NCBI GenBank assembly: GCA_013265495.1
Contig: MU061804.1
Span: forward strand, 682,001-746,000
Origin: Vicugna vicugna
Taxonomy: Eukaryota
Direction: 5' to 3'
Length of the DNA: 64,000 bases
Below are positions 50,931-64,000 of this stretch, in pieces (position 1 is the first letter of the stretch; every line of letters begins with the position of its first letter). A program made the position numbers and the translations under genes. The notes under the pieces are model-generated. The model was not told the DNA's origin and made no database searches. It saw nothing but the letters and a program-made list of their open reading frames with translations.

Positions 50931-53900
50931 CAACTACTTGTTGTAAAGCTGTATTGCAACCTCGGTCACTGATTTCAAGGACAGGAGGGCTGCTGCCTGG
51001 CCAGCGGCCAACGGAAAAATCACGACGATGCCACCACTCTGAGTACAAAACACCCCGGAGCGTGAAAGTGAATCCTGGTCTCCTTTCTCTGGTTGCCGGC
51101 GTCCAGAGGGAGGGTCGGCTGGGAAAGTCTTCCACAGAATCAGCCAGAAATCACCCTGTGATCCTTTCTGACTCCACGTGGGTCCCTTAAACATTACATG
51201 ATGCTTTACCAGGGGTGCAAGTGACCTCAGAGTGGACGCCCCCTCAGATGAAGGATGGAAGATAAGTTCTGCCGGAGGGAGAGCCCCACCGTCTCCGTCC
51301 CGGCCCCCAAGCACAGATGCCCCCACTGCAGCCATTTGTGCGTGTCGTGGGGACCCCTTCAAGTGCCCTCTGCTCTCCAGCATTAGTGCCTTTCAGGAGA
51401 GGAGACAGAGGGGCAGCGGGTGATGGGGAGGAGGTCCCCAGGGTTGCAGAACTCTTGGCTTCTTCACGAAGCAGCATCACATCCGCCATGGCTGGTTCCC
51501 CACGCGGGAGAGCCACTAGGAGACGCACGAGGTAAGACCTTCTCGCGTGGAGATTGTGCGTAGATTGAACTAAGACTTGGCCGAGCTAAGAATGTCCACC
51601 CTGGTGAAGTACCGAGAGAATCTCGGTCCCAGCGGCAGGAGGTAACAGCGTGCAATTCGCAGAAGTTTGCGAACCTAAGGACATCTCGCGTTTGCAGAAA
51701 GAAACGGTCATAAACAGAATAGACCTTAGTTCGAACCAGCAGGCAATGGTCTCCATCCAGCAACAGCAAACGTGCGTCCCTGAGAGAGAACCTGCTGGTC
51801 GTCCTTCTTCAGAGACTCCAGGCTCCGAGTCCTCTCTGGTCTCAGACCCCTTAAGGCTCCCGGGGCCACCTCTGCCAGGAGGCGATCGCTTGGTGGCTGT
51901 TTCTCAATTTGTGGCTTCGAGTTGAAACTGTCCCCTCCCAGGAGGAAGGCAGCGGAGAAACATTGATCCTTAACTTAGACGTCACACTGGGGGCGTGGAC
52001 TCGAGTCGTGTGGTTGAAGAAACAGGCCCGCTTTCCCCCTCTCTCTTTGTAGAAATAGAAGTTACAGTCCTTACAGTTCATCAGAGAACACGGACGGCTC
52101 AGTTCTTCTCAGTAAATGTACAGAGTCACAGGCCATCACTGCAACCCACCGAAAATGCCCCCGTAGCCCCAGACTCCCAGGTCTGTCTGCATCAGCCCTG
52201 CTCCCACCCCAGCCCCGCAGTCTGTCCGTCTGCTCGTTTGACCGCTGAGGGACAGAGGGCCTGCCTCTGCTGGGGCCACTGTGAACGGCGTGGCGTCCTG
52301 GCTCGTCCGGGGCTGGTGCTTCCAGATGTGAGTCTGTGTGATGACCGAGCGGATCCCTGGTCCCTGAACCAACGCGGGGATGACAGCGCCCCCCACCCCC
52401 TACTCCCGGGTCTGCCCTGGGGGGCCTTTCATGTCGCTGAACTCAGGCGCAGTTTCTTGTGACTTTTGGAATTTTGAAACCTCTGGGGATTTGGAGGTGC
52501 GTTTACACAACAGGAGATTGGAAAAGTCTGGAAACTAAAAGGTGCATCTCAAACCTACGGGCTGCATGAGGAAGTGGGCGAGAAGCACCTAAAAATGGAG
52601 AGCAGACGGACCGAAACCCGGAACCAGACATCCTAAATTCCGCCGGTGCTCGCCGGCTGAGCGGCGGCTCTCCAGAGCGCGGTGTCCAGGCACTGCGACG
52701 GAGCCGCGGTGGCAGGTGGGCACAGAGAAGGTGGCAAAAGAGAAGGGAGCCTGCGGCTCTTCCCTCCTCTGTGCTTCTGGTGCGAGGAAGACGCTGCTGA
52801 CGGCCGCTAATCTGACAGCTTCCCCTGCGCGCTCGGTTCCCAAGGGAAAAGTGAAGGAGGCCCAAGTGAGCCCCGAGTGGCCTCAAGAGAGGACAACACA
52901 TCTGGGGGATTTACTAACACGCACAGGAAAGAAAATGGCCCCGGGGGGACGCCATCTCATTAACACATGAGAAAGGATGAGATTCAGAAAGATGGTCTGA
53001 AGGCTCGGGGCCCCTCCGCGGTCTTCCGTCTGTCTTGAACAATGATTAAAAAAAAAGATTTGAGAACAATTAAGCAATAATGATCTGGTTAAAATAGGCG
53101 CCTATAAAAAGCACTGCAGGGAACACTGGGAGACGTGAGCACACAGGTCAGCGGGTCCTGGCGATGCGCTCGGGGGCGGGTGAGGAGCCTGCTCGCGATG
53201 GCTTCTCCTGCAGGGCTGTGCGTTCCGGGGGGAGAGTGGGGGCCCCACGTGGGAGGGGGACCCAAGGGGTGTGGGCTCCCCGACTCAAAACAGTGAAGAG
53301 AGGCAGCGTCATCCTGGAAAGTCCAAATTAAGTTTGTGCTAAAACACGGAGACAGAGATTATGAGCGGCTTCGGCAGTGCCACCAACAGGAAGCCTGGGA
53401 GCCTCCATCCGGGGCTTCCAAGGAGGAACCACCGCAGACAAAAATCAGTTACTTTTTTAGGCCCCAACTTGAAGGCCTGGACAGAATGAGAGTGACTTCA
53501 CTCCTGGGCTTCTGCCAGTCAATTCTTTGCCAGTCTCAGGGGTAACCATTGTGCTTGAGAGAGCTATTCAGAGTGACCTGGCTCGGAGCACCACCCAACA
53601 GATGGACAACCAGGAACAAAAAGCACCGGCATATGGCGACGTATCTGCTGAGGATCACGGAAGGCGCCTTGCAGATGCCTCGGGGACTGGGGGAAGCTGC
53701 TTCTTCGGACGTCTGCAGGGGACCGGGGTGGGGGCAGCCTAGCGGCCCAGCTTTCTTGCGTGGCTTTTAAAGGAAACATGGCTCCAAATCCAGCGTATTC
53801 TAAGATCTACAGGAACACAACCTAATCTCAAGGTGTAAGAATAATCTGATGTAGATTCCATGAAAAAGTCAAGACGAGAGCGCACAAGCACTTTTGCATA

Positions 53901-56295
53901 ATTTGTTTGCAGAAAATGTGGTAATTCAATCTAAAGTCTAAAATTGAAACAAAGAAACAAACAAATAACTCCACCCGTTCCAAACATGGTACAAAAGTCC
54001 CCCAAACACGAGGGGACCAGTTTCAAAGATGGCAGGTTCCTGGTCTCTTCCCTGTGCCTCCAAGTGCGCCCAGATCCCAGACACTTCCAACTGCCTCAGC
54101 GCTGGTGTCCGTGTGGGCAGAATCGGGTTGGGCGGGGAGGGACGGAGAGGCTCCAGGACTGGCCTCAGACGTGGGTCCGGCAGGAGGAGGTGAGCTCCCT
54201 CCCACCCGAGGGCAGGGCGCTGGGCTGAAGGGCTCCTGCAGCCAGTGTCCTCGGCCCCCTGTCTGGCGGGGACGCCGGCTCCACACACACAGCGCGAGTC
54301 ACCTTCCCGGCAGGGCTGGCGGGGCTCCTCTCTCAGGAGCACGTCTCCCGGTGTTTGTCCTGGGCCTCCCTGGCTCTTGGGCTGACGGTTATTTCCATGA
54401 CTGGGGCCGACTTCTCTTCCAAACTGGGAAGGGAGGTTAAACCCACCACCTAAGCAATCTGGCTGTTTTTCTTGTAGGGGAAGCAGGTGGCGACTCAGGT
54501 ACATTTCCTGGTCACGTCTATCTTCAGGGATGGACAATAGTGAGGTCCCCACTCTAGTTGGTGAGGCCAGCTCTGGTCGGTTCCCTGAGAGCAGGGAGGC
54601 CACTGAAGGTGTCTGAGACCTGTGGCAGCCTTTTCTCCGAGGGTCCCAGTCCCTGTGCGTCATGCCCTCCTTTCTCTTGCTGGTTGAGGCTCCCAGGCAC
54701 CGACCCTCAGAGGGTCCTACCACCCACTGAAAACCCACTTCTGCCGTTTCTCCGTTGGGGGATGGAAACCACGGGCAGTGTGGGAGCAGTTCTCCCAGCT
54801 CAGCGGGGGGGTGGGGGGACGGCTGCTCGGCGCAGAACCCACCGTCGCCCCCTCCCCACTTGGGGTGCCCCGGTCAGAGCCACAGCACCACATCACTGAG
54901 CTGACGGGGCCTTGTGACTCCACACCGTGGCCGCCCGAGGAGCCTGGGTCAAACCGGCAGCTGAGCATTCATTTCAGTACAACAGCGTGAACTGCAGACA
55001 CACTACAGGTGGTTCTCAGCAAGCCTTGGAACGAGCTCTAACAAAGCAAACATTAGCATAAAGTTGTTGGTTCAGAGCAGCTACAGTCTGAGACGAACCA
55101 AAGGAGGACTTGCACTAAAGGGGAGAATGTTGCCAACTGGGCTACTGGGGATTTCTCTAAGCAAGGCTGGGAATCTCAGAACTTTAGCTCAAGGCAAGAC
55201 CTAACTCCTTCCATTTTAAGGAGCTTTTTTTTTTTAAACATGACAGTTTATGTCATATAATTATGACTCAAGAAGTTTGGAGATTCTCTCTACAGTGAAG
55301 AAACAGTCTCCTCCCAAACAGACCCTCCATCAAAAAGCACAAACAACGGTGAGAGTCTGTGACTACAGGTTTATACTCCATGATTTTTTTGTTTTGACTG
55401 CGCCATGGTCACAGATTCCAGCCAACCCGCCCAGTCAAACGAGGTCACACAGGTCAGGGGACCCACTTTGTTTTCTGAGTATGAATAATCCTTCCTGTGT
55501 AACTCCCACCTCCCAGGGCAGCAGGGCTCAGCTTCCACTTAAGGCCTGGGCTGAGTGGGGGTGGGAGGCAGCGGACATCAGGGGGTGAGGTGTCCCGACA
55601 GCGCTCAGGGCGGATGCTCCCCTTTCTCACCAAAAACTGCCAGAAACTAAGATGAAAGACCTTGCTGTCTGGAAAAAAGTCACAGAGCTGTAATGGTGCC
55701 AACCCCTCGAGGGGCATCTTTACAACCAGTTTTGAGTAAACCTGCTTTACATGTCTGTTTAAAAGCTTTGTCAATGTGTTTAACTCTTTAGTGGTCACGC
55801 TCAGATTTTAGTAACTGAGACCACGGTGCACGGCCCACCCCACAGGTCCGAATCCTGGTCCTGGGGGGGGCAGTGACCAGCGTGGCTTGTTAAATGCACT
55901 GATTTAACACAGAGCGGGGAGGACAGGGCTGCGGGAGTCGGGAGAGAGAGCAAACCTCCCTGAGGAAAAGGACTCTGCTGCTGGCCGTCCTCCCTGACGG
56001 GGAGTGGGGCCTTGGGACGGGGCTCGGGGGCCAGGATCAGCCCCAGGGAGGAGACGCAGCCACGGTGCTGGTGGGAGAGCCCACCGGCTGGGGAAGTGCC
56101 TCCTCCTGAGAGCATACGTGACGATCAGCCCCTTGGGGGACGAGGGGACAGAGGCACAGCCAACAGGGCAGTTCTGGTTCCTAACACACCCAAAGTCGGC
56201 TAAGTGACATCGTGCGCCTGGCGGGCTTAGCAGGGCTGGAGGGGCCTGCGAGCAGCTGTGTTAACAGGGACGCAGCTCCATGGGAACAAGGATCA

Positions 56296-57120
<825 letters not shown>

Positions 57121-58179
57121 TTAAACCGGGGACGTCTGGTTTGCCTGTGTCACCACAGTAAACTTTTTTAAGTACGCAGATCCCTTCAGGAAAAACAGAG
57201 CAAATCCAGCCCGTCCTTTAGCAGCAGGTTTGTCAGCACACCCTGGAGGTCTGCAGGTTATTCTGTTGTTCATGGAGAGAAGGACCCCAGACTTGTAAGC
57301 TGGACCGTAAATAACACACCAGGATGCTCCTCGTTTAAAGGAGATGTTGCATGTATTCATTTGCAAGTGGTGGAGAGGTGGTTCCCTGCAAGCCCCCCGA
57401 AAGCCTCAGTCAACAGGGGTGCACTGTCCCCACGTCCCAGGAGAGAAGTGGGGAAGGGCCGGCCCCCTCCTCACACCCAGGCAGGCTGATGTCCTGCAGG
57501 CCACTCTGACCCACGCTTGGCAGGACACCCAGCTCCGAATCCCACGCCGTGGGCACTTTTAGTGTCTCTGACTCACCCACCGGCTGCGGACACCCTTCCA
57601 CCTCCCCCTGCCCCAGGCGCTCCACCTGGTGCTCACCCCCCACCCCCTGCTCGGGGTGAGCGAAGGCTGGGCACCCCCTCCCCAGACCCCGGGGCTCCGT
57701 GATCAGCAGGGTGGTCGGTGTCCACAGTCCCGTTAGGGGAATTCTCCCCAGCTGTCAGGCCAAGAGAAAGGCTAGAATAACCTTACCTGTGAGTTAATGA
57801 GAGCGCTTTGCAGCCTCCCATTATTGTAAGATGCTTTCAGATTCAAATGACTCCATTAACTAGCAAGTTGTACACACACTGTGTTCAAGTGTGTGGAGCC
57901 AGGGGGAAGGGTGACAACTGAGCTGCAAAGCAACTTTTGGGGGTGTCTGCTGGGGGCAAGCACCCCAAGTGCTGCTCACAGGAGGGGACAGGGAGCCCGA
58001 ATCCAGGTGGCCAGACAGGAGGGGCTACGCTCTCAGGCCTCAGTGCCACAGCCTCAGCTGGACTGGGGTGGAGGTGAGGAGGACAGGATGCAGAACTCCC
58101 TCTGTGCTGCGGTCAGAGGGACGCTCTCAGGGAGAGTTGGGGTGGGCGTGGGGGTTTCCCCTGCCCTACAAGGCCGCTG

Positions 58180-58380
58180 TAGCGTCCACACCACCCCCTC
58201 CTGCCCACTTCCAAACCCAGTGTTTCTTTTAGACTCAAATATGCCATCCTTCTTCCCACCACAGGGCCATCGTGCGTGCTGTTCCCTTAACCTGGAACGC
58301 TTTTCCATAATTCCCTCCTTCCTCTGTCAGCCCCAGCATCTCTCTGCTGGGCAGCCTTCCCCATGTTCCCAGACCAGAGA
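58180..58380 (+). mobile_element. L2 fragment
   Basis: CCACCACAGGGCCATCGTGCGTGCTGTTCCCTTAACCTGGAACGCTTTTCC matches a characteristic L2 motif. Confidence 0.6.
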
Positions 58381-59439
58381 AGTCTTCCTTACATGTCTTC
58401 TTGGAACCACTTCCCCTCCTTTGGAGCTGAGTCTCAGTTTGGAATTACACACGCATTAGTGGGTTTGAAACATGTATATCCATCTCATGTCCGGCTGCAT
58501 CTTGCGGAAACAGACTGTGGGCTCTTCTGGCTTTTATCTCCGAGGCCTCGCTCAATGCTGAGCATGCGCCGGCATGAAGTCAGCATGAAGTCAGCTCACG
58601 GTCTCAGTGCGGCAGGTCTGCTGACGGACAGGTGAGTGCCCGGGGCCTGCAGGCCAGGTGGAGATGACCAGCGGGGCTGCAGAGAGGCCCAGAGGAGGTC
58701 GAGGCCGCCTGTGGCTCCTTCCACCGGTCGGGGAGCCGTCAGAATCCCCAGGCGATGCTCCGCTCCCTCCATCCCTGTCCGGCGGCCGCACCTCCCACTG
58801 GAGTGCCAGGACCCGACCCTGGTTCTCCAGGCTCCTCCCTCCTACTCCTCACCAGGTCCTGCCAGCTCAACTTTGAAGTATTCTAGACAAGTATGAACAG
58901 CTGTTACTGTATCGATAACACACACGCATCGTGGAGGAAAAGGGAAATACTTACTACAGAGGAATTAGACGCCAGGGTGCAGGAAGAACTGTCCATCACC
59001 CCACCACGCAGAGAGAACCACTGTTAGCCTTTCGGGGTGTATTTTGGACATTTTGGTCCCTGGTTGGTCAGCAGGTCTCCCGCCATGAGTCCTGCCGGTC
59101 TTCACACTGTGGCTGGAATGCTCTCCCCAAAGCACAGATCGGAATGTGTTCCCCCCCCTTGTGGGGCCAGGAAGTGTCCAGGCAGAGCCGGGTTCAACAC
59201 AATCAGGACCCGCCCAAGAAGCAGACCTGCGTGGAGCGGGTGCTCGGCAGGCAGGAGGCGCCGTCTTCAGAGGATTCCAGCATCAGCTGAACAAGCTCTC
59301 GGGGGAGGTGCCTCGGGGGGACTCAGCCCACAGGTGCAGCACTGATCAGGCCCCCAGCCCCCAGCCCCCATCAACGCGTTGTGAGCACTAAGGGGGGTCA
59401 GTGAATCACCCCGTTTCCCCGGGCACAGCCTGCTGCAGT

Positions 59440-59580
59440 GGGAGCTGTCATTAACTGTATTTACGGAGGAGAAGAGCGGGTTCTGGAGAGGTTAAGTGGC
59501 CTGCCTGTGGTTTCACAGCTGGTGAGTGGTGGCAGGGGATTCGGTGCCAGGTGGCCCGGCTCCAGGTCCTGGGCCGCAGG
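59440..59580 (-). mobile_element. MIR fragment
   Basis: GAGAGGTTAAGTGGCCTGCCTGTGGTTTCACAGCTGGTGAGTGGTGGCAGGGGATTCG is the reverse complement of the MIR core. Confidence 0.7.
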
Positions 59581-60739
59581 ACTGAGCTAAATGCTTTCCG
59601 TGCGCCCTGGACCGCGGTGCTCAGCCCCCATGATCTATGTCTGTGAAGCGGAGACACATGTTCACAGCATCTGCCAGGAAGGTGGGGTCTCATCCCTGCT
59701 TCCGGGGGGCCCAGCTGTTCCGGAGGCTGGTCCAGGAGAGGCTTCTACCTGCCACCCTCACAGCCAGCCCGGGCTGGGGTCTGAAGGCGCCGGGCCAGAG
59801 CCCCTCTCTGGGGCCCATCGTGCATAACTGGCTCTCAGGGCCCGGGCCCCAGCAGCAACTCCTCGGAACTGTCCCTGAAACAGCTCCCCCGCTCCAGTTT
59901 CAGTGTGGAAAGCGCAGCGACATGTCTCCCCTCGAGTGCCCTCCTGAGACAGGCCAGGCCAGGCTGGATGAGCAGGTCCCAGGGGAGGTGGCTACCATCA
60001 GGTGCCCGTGGACACACAACCTCCAGACTCACCTACGATGAGCTGCACTTCAATAAAATGAAAAAAGAACTGTCACGTCAGTTCTGAACAATATATGTGC
60101 ACTAATAGAGGAAAAAAATCCCTAAACCATTTGCCTTTGCAACGCAGCATCTTTTTCAGCACGACGCCAGGCAGACAGCAAGAACCTAATAAAGACGCCT
60201 GCTTGCTGAATGATGATTTGGCAAAAGGGTTCTTGCTTGAGCCAACAACTATCCCACACTCAGCCCCCTTTTAAAAGCTGGACCCTCTGTCACTAAGCTA
60301 TGGCGGGCCTCGTCTGCACCTCTGTCGGTCTGGGGACTACTATGACGACAAAAAGATGCAGTCCCTGCCCAGGAGGGGCTTTTCGCTCGACAGACAGGCA
60401 GATGTGGAGACAGCTACTGCAGAGCGGGTGGTAATGGTTCTATGAACTGTGGCCGAAGAGCCATGGAAGCACAGGAGGGAGAGGCTGCCTTGGCCGTGGG
60501 AGCACGACAGTGCTTCCCAGAGGAGAGGACTCGTGCGCCAAGTCGGGGGCAGAGCTCCTTCTGCCCCTTTTCCAGTTTGTCCTTTACACTCCATGTGGCT
60601 CTCTCTAAACGCTCCCTCTCAGGAAATTAACTCACTTCCCAAGCTCCTAAAGGCTCAAGAGTCACCCCATTGGGTGAGTCCAAATTTGCAACTACACTTT
60701 CTTTGCCCTCTCTTTTGAGTTCAGGTCATGTTAACCCAT

Positions 60740-61110
60740 AAACCTACTAGGTACTTCTACTGGGCTGGCCTACCATCTCCTCACACTCAAGAAATCCAAA
60801 CTGAACTCATCATCTCCTTCCTAAAACCAGTCCCCAGAAGGCCCCAGACTTGGCAGTCACCTGGCCTACTTCTTCACCAAATGCAGACAATTCTTTATCC
60901 ATAGCATCTGTCATCCCTGCTCTTCGCACTGCAGCCACCGTGGTCCTTACTGTCTCCACCTGGATTGGTGGCCCGTGACTCACTCACCCCAAGAAGGCCC
61001 TGCTCACAAACCTGCAGTGGTTCCACAATAAACAGAAGACTCCAAACCCTTCTGCATGAGCTGAACACAGTAGGTACTCAAAATGTATTTACAGAAAGAA
61101 TGAAAACAGG
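60740..61110 (+). mobile_element. Degenerate L2
   Basis: TCCAAACTGAACTCATCATCT...CACTGCAGCCACC...CTGCAGTGGTTCC...CACAGTAGGTACTCAAAATGTATTT...GAATGAA gives L2 body and tail motifs in order. Confidence 0.65.
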
Positions 61111-61306
61111 NNNNNNNNNNNNNNNNNNNNNNNNNNNNNNNNNNNNNNNNNNNNNNNNNNNNNNNNNNNNNNNNNNNNNNNNNNNNNNNNNNNNNNNNNN
61201 NNNNNNNNNNNNNNNNNNNNNNNNNNNNNNNNNNNNNNNNNNNNNNNNNNNNNNNNNNNNNNNNNNNNNNNNNNNNNNNNNNNNNNNNNNNNNNNNNNNN
61301 NNNNNN
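61111..61306. other. Assembly gap (196 N)
   Basis: Run of N. Confidence 0.99.
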
Positions 61307-61904
61307 CATAAACACCAGTTTGAGACGACTGGCCTATGCTCACTTCTGATCTACAGGAGCAGGTTTGGACTGGCTAGAAATCGAAGGTGTGATGAATTTC
61401 ATATATCACGTTTTGTGGCTTCATTTGGCTAATGAAGCAATGGACACTTTAATGGTCTCGCAGAGTTAATGGCTTTCAAAAGAATACAGGTTTAGAACTA
61501 GGAGGAAGGCAGTAGCTCTGTCTCGGGTTAAGGAGTACGCTTGTCACACGCAGGGTCAAGGGTGCCTGATGGAGGGAGGAAGAACTCTTGCCTGGACGGC
61601 TTCCTACAGTCGCAGGCTCTATTATTTTTTGCATGCTCTTATTAAAATGTCCCTATTCATTAGAGGTTTTCATTTAACTTTACTTTAACTTTTCCATATT
61701 GATAAATGTCTGCATCCCACAAGTGCTTTGGTAAGCACTAAGGGAGAGTTCTGGCCTGGGAGGCGGGTGGCGGATCCTCCACTGGCTCAGAAATTACAAA
61801 CTAAAAGAGCAATTAAAACATCAGCCTTCATGGTGAGCTCATTTTTTGTATTAGTAACATGAGCTGAAAAAAGAAGCTCAGAGGAAAACATAAAAGAAAC
61901 TCTC

Positions 61905-62019
61905 AAAGAATATGAAAGCTAATATGTGTCTCTGTGCACGGCTGGGATGTTGTGCCGTGCACCAGGGGCTGACACACTGTGGCTGACTATACTTCAGTAA
62001 AAGCAAAAATAAAGTAAAA
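61905..62019 (+). mobile_element. Short 5'-truncated L1 3' tail
   Basis: AAAGAATATGAAAG...GACTATACTTCAGTAAAAGCAAAAATAAAGTAAAA shares terminal motifs with the L1 end at 63770-63885. Confidence 0.65.
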
Positions 62020-62944
62020 GAGACTCTGACATTAGAAGAAAATAAATATGGCAAAATGGAGACAAGATGATCAACGTGAACAATGACAATGAAAACGTCG
62101 GCCCCCATTTGCTGGGGACCCTGCACCCGCTGGCTGCGCGACACCCGTCATTGCATTCACTTCTCCAGCTGTCCTGATAGAGAGGAGTCAACTGAGGCTC
62201 GGCTGAGACCCAGGGCCCGTCCAAGATGACACGCCTGGGGCTGGAGTTAAGACCCCAGCCAATGAGACTATAAACCCTCTGCCCTCGGCCACTGTCCGGG
62301 CAGAAATGGCCAATGCGCAGTGTGACTCTCTGACCCTGCACCACGGCGCACGTCGGTGTCGATCACAGCCTCTTCCCCACTGGCCCCAGAGGGAGCCTCA
62401 CAGTCTCCCCCAGAGCACATCTCTCGTGGCAGCTCTAATCCATGAGAAGCGCCTGGATCATGACTCCTCACCCCTGTCTGTAGACACTCCCTCCCCGCTG
62501 GCGACAAAGCATCTCTTTCAGCCACAGGAAAAACAGGACCTACCAATGACATAGATGTCTGGGCCTAAGCTTTTTCACCTGTTTTAAACATTTCTGGGAA
62601 AAAATTGTGAAATAACATGCATACAGAGAAGTGAAAGGAAGAAAGATGTAACAGTGTGTATTTTGTTGTGTAACTATCACTTCAGCTCCATAGAAGTCCC
62701 ACTCACAGCCTCTCCGGGTAGGACCCCCACGTGGCGATAACAAGGGTGGTGGCCTTCAACGACAAGCCATGTCAGTAAACAAGCCCCACGTCTATCAGCA
62801 GAGGTAGAAAAAACCATTTCATATAATTCGGCATTTATTCCCCAATCTCTTATGCTCCTTCTGCGTTTCCCATTATTTTGACTCTCTGTGCTTGATTCTC
62901 CACATTTCCCAGACCTCTCTGCAGTTCAACCGTTCTGTTTACAC

Positions 62945-63885
62945 GGCTCACACAGCTCAACAACAAAAAACAGACAATCCAATAAAAAAACGGGCAGAAG
63001 ACCTAAACGAGCAATTCTCCAATGGAGACACACAAATGACCGACAGGCACACGAAGAAACGCTCAACATCACTAATTATCAGAGAAATGCAAATCAAAAC
63101 TACACTGAGGTGTCACCTCACAGCAGCCAGAATGGCCATCATTAAAAGGTCCACAAACGATAAATGCAGGAGAGGCTGGGGAGATAAGGGGACCCTCCTA
63201 CACTGCTGGTGGGAATGTAAATTGGTGCAGCCACTGTGGAAAAAAGTATGGAGATGCCTTAAAAAACTGAAAATAGACTTACCATATGACCCACATGAAA
63301 AGACACACATACCCCAGTGTCCATAGCAGCACTGTTTACAGTAGCCAAGACATGGAAACAACCTCAATGTCCACTGACAGATGANNNNNNNNNNNNNNNN
63401 NNNNNNNNNNNNNNNNNNNNNNNNNNNNNNNNNNNNNNNNNNNNNNNNNNNNNNNNNNNNNNNNNNNNNNNNNNNNNNNNNNNNNNNNNNNNNNNNNNNN
63501 NNNNNNNNNNNNNNNNNNNNNNNNNNNNNATTACTTACGTGTGGAATCTAAAAAATGACATGAATGAACTTAACGTACAAAACAGAAACAGACTGACAGA
63601 CATAGAAAACAAACTTACGGTTACCAGGGGGAAAACAGGGAGGGAAGGGATAAATTGGGAGGTCCAGATTTGCTGATACAAACTGTTACACATAAAACAG
63701 ACAAACAAAAAAGTCCTACTGCACAGCACAGGGAGCTGTATTCAATATCTTGCAATGACCTATAATGAAAAAGAATATGAAAAAGAACAGATATAAATGT
63801 ATGTGTGACTGAACCACTATGCTGCACACCAGAAACAAACATAATATTGTAAACCGACTATACTTCAGTAAAAAAATTAGAAAAC
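62945..63885 (+). mobile_element. 5'-truncated LINE-1: ORF2 C-terminal remnant, 3' UTR and A tail (contains a 145-N gap at 63385-63529)
   Basis: Translation includes [68 protein letters not shown], then a frame change and [17 protein letters not shown]. It ends GACTATACTTCAGTAAAAAAA. Confidence 0.95.
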
Positions 63886-64000
63886 TCTGCTTACAGCTGT
63901 GTCACATCTTCAGTAAGTCAAGTCCCTGCATCTTTCACATTTGCTACTCCAGTCAACGTTTCTAAAATCTGCATTTGTTTCTTTTCCCTTATCTGCTGGT

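Noticed and set aside
62892-63326. 144-aa ORF as a functional gene
   Set aside because: It is a truncated, frameshifted L1 ORF2 C-terminus.

Overview
The whole window is mammalian genomic DNA lying inside one gene, CACNA1C (Cav1.2 L-type calcium channel alpha-1C), on the minus strand. The tRNA-derived SINE type suggests a camelid. Eight coding exons map with GT-AG boundaries and a continuous reading frame: exons 6, 7, 8a, 9, 10, 11, 12 and 13 (human numbering). They encode IS5, the domain I pore loop, IS6, the I-II linker with the AID, and IIS1-IIS4. Exons 5 and 14 lie outside the window. The mutually exclusive partner exon 8 is not visible and most likely sits in a 132-N gap. The rest is very GC/CpG-rich intron with old repeats (MIR, L2, MER33, Tigger, L1), three lineage SINEs, simple repeats and five N gaps. 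I found no evidence for a novel multi-gene system, and nearly all listed ORFs are GC-rich noise. The most interesting signals are: strongly AT-to-GC biased repeat decay; exon 8a resisting that bias at synonymous sites; tandem duplications across the exon 6 and exon 9 donors; a GAG acceptor at exon 7 with a SINE-derived competing acceptor; no recognisable exon 9*; a p53-half-site-like minisatellite; and a perfect 24-bp inverted repeat. Comparisons with human sequence and repeat consensus sequences are from memory and need confirming by alignment.
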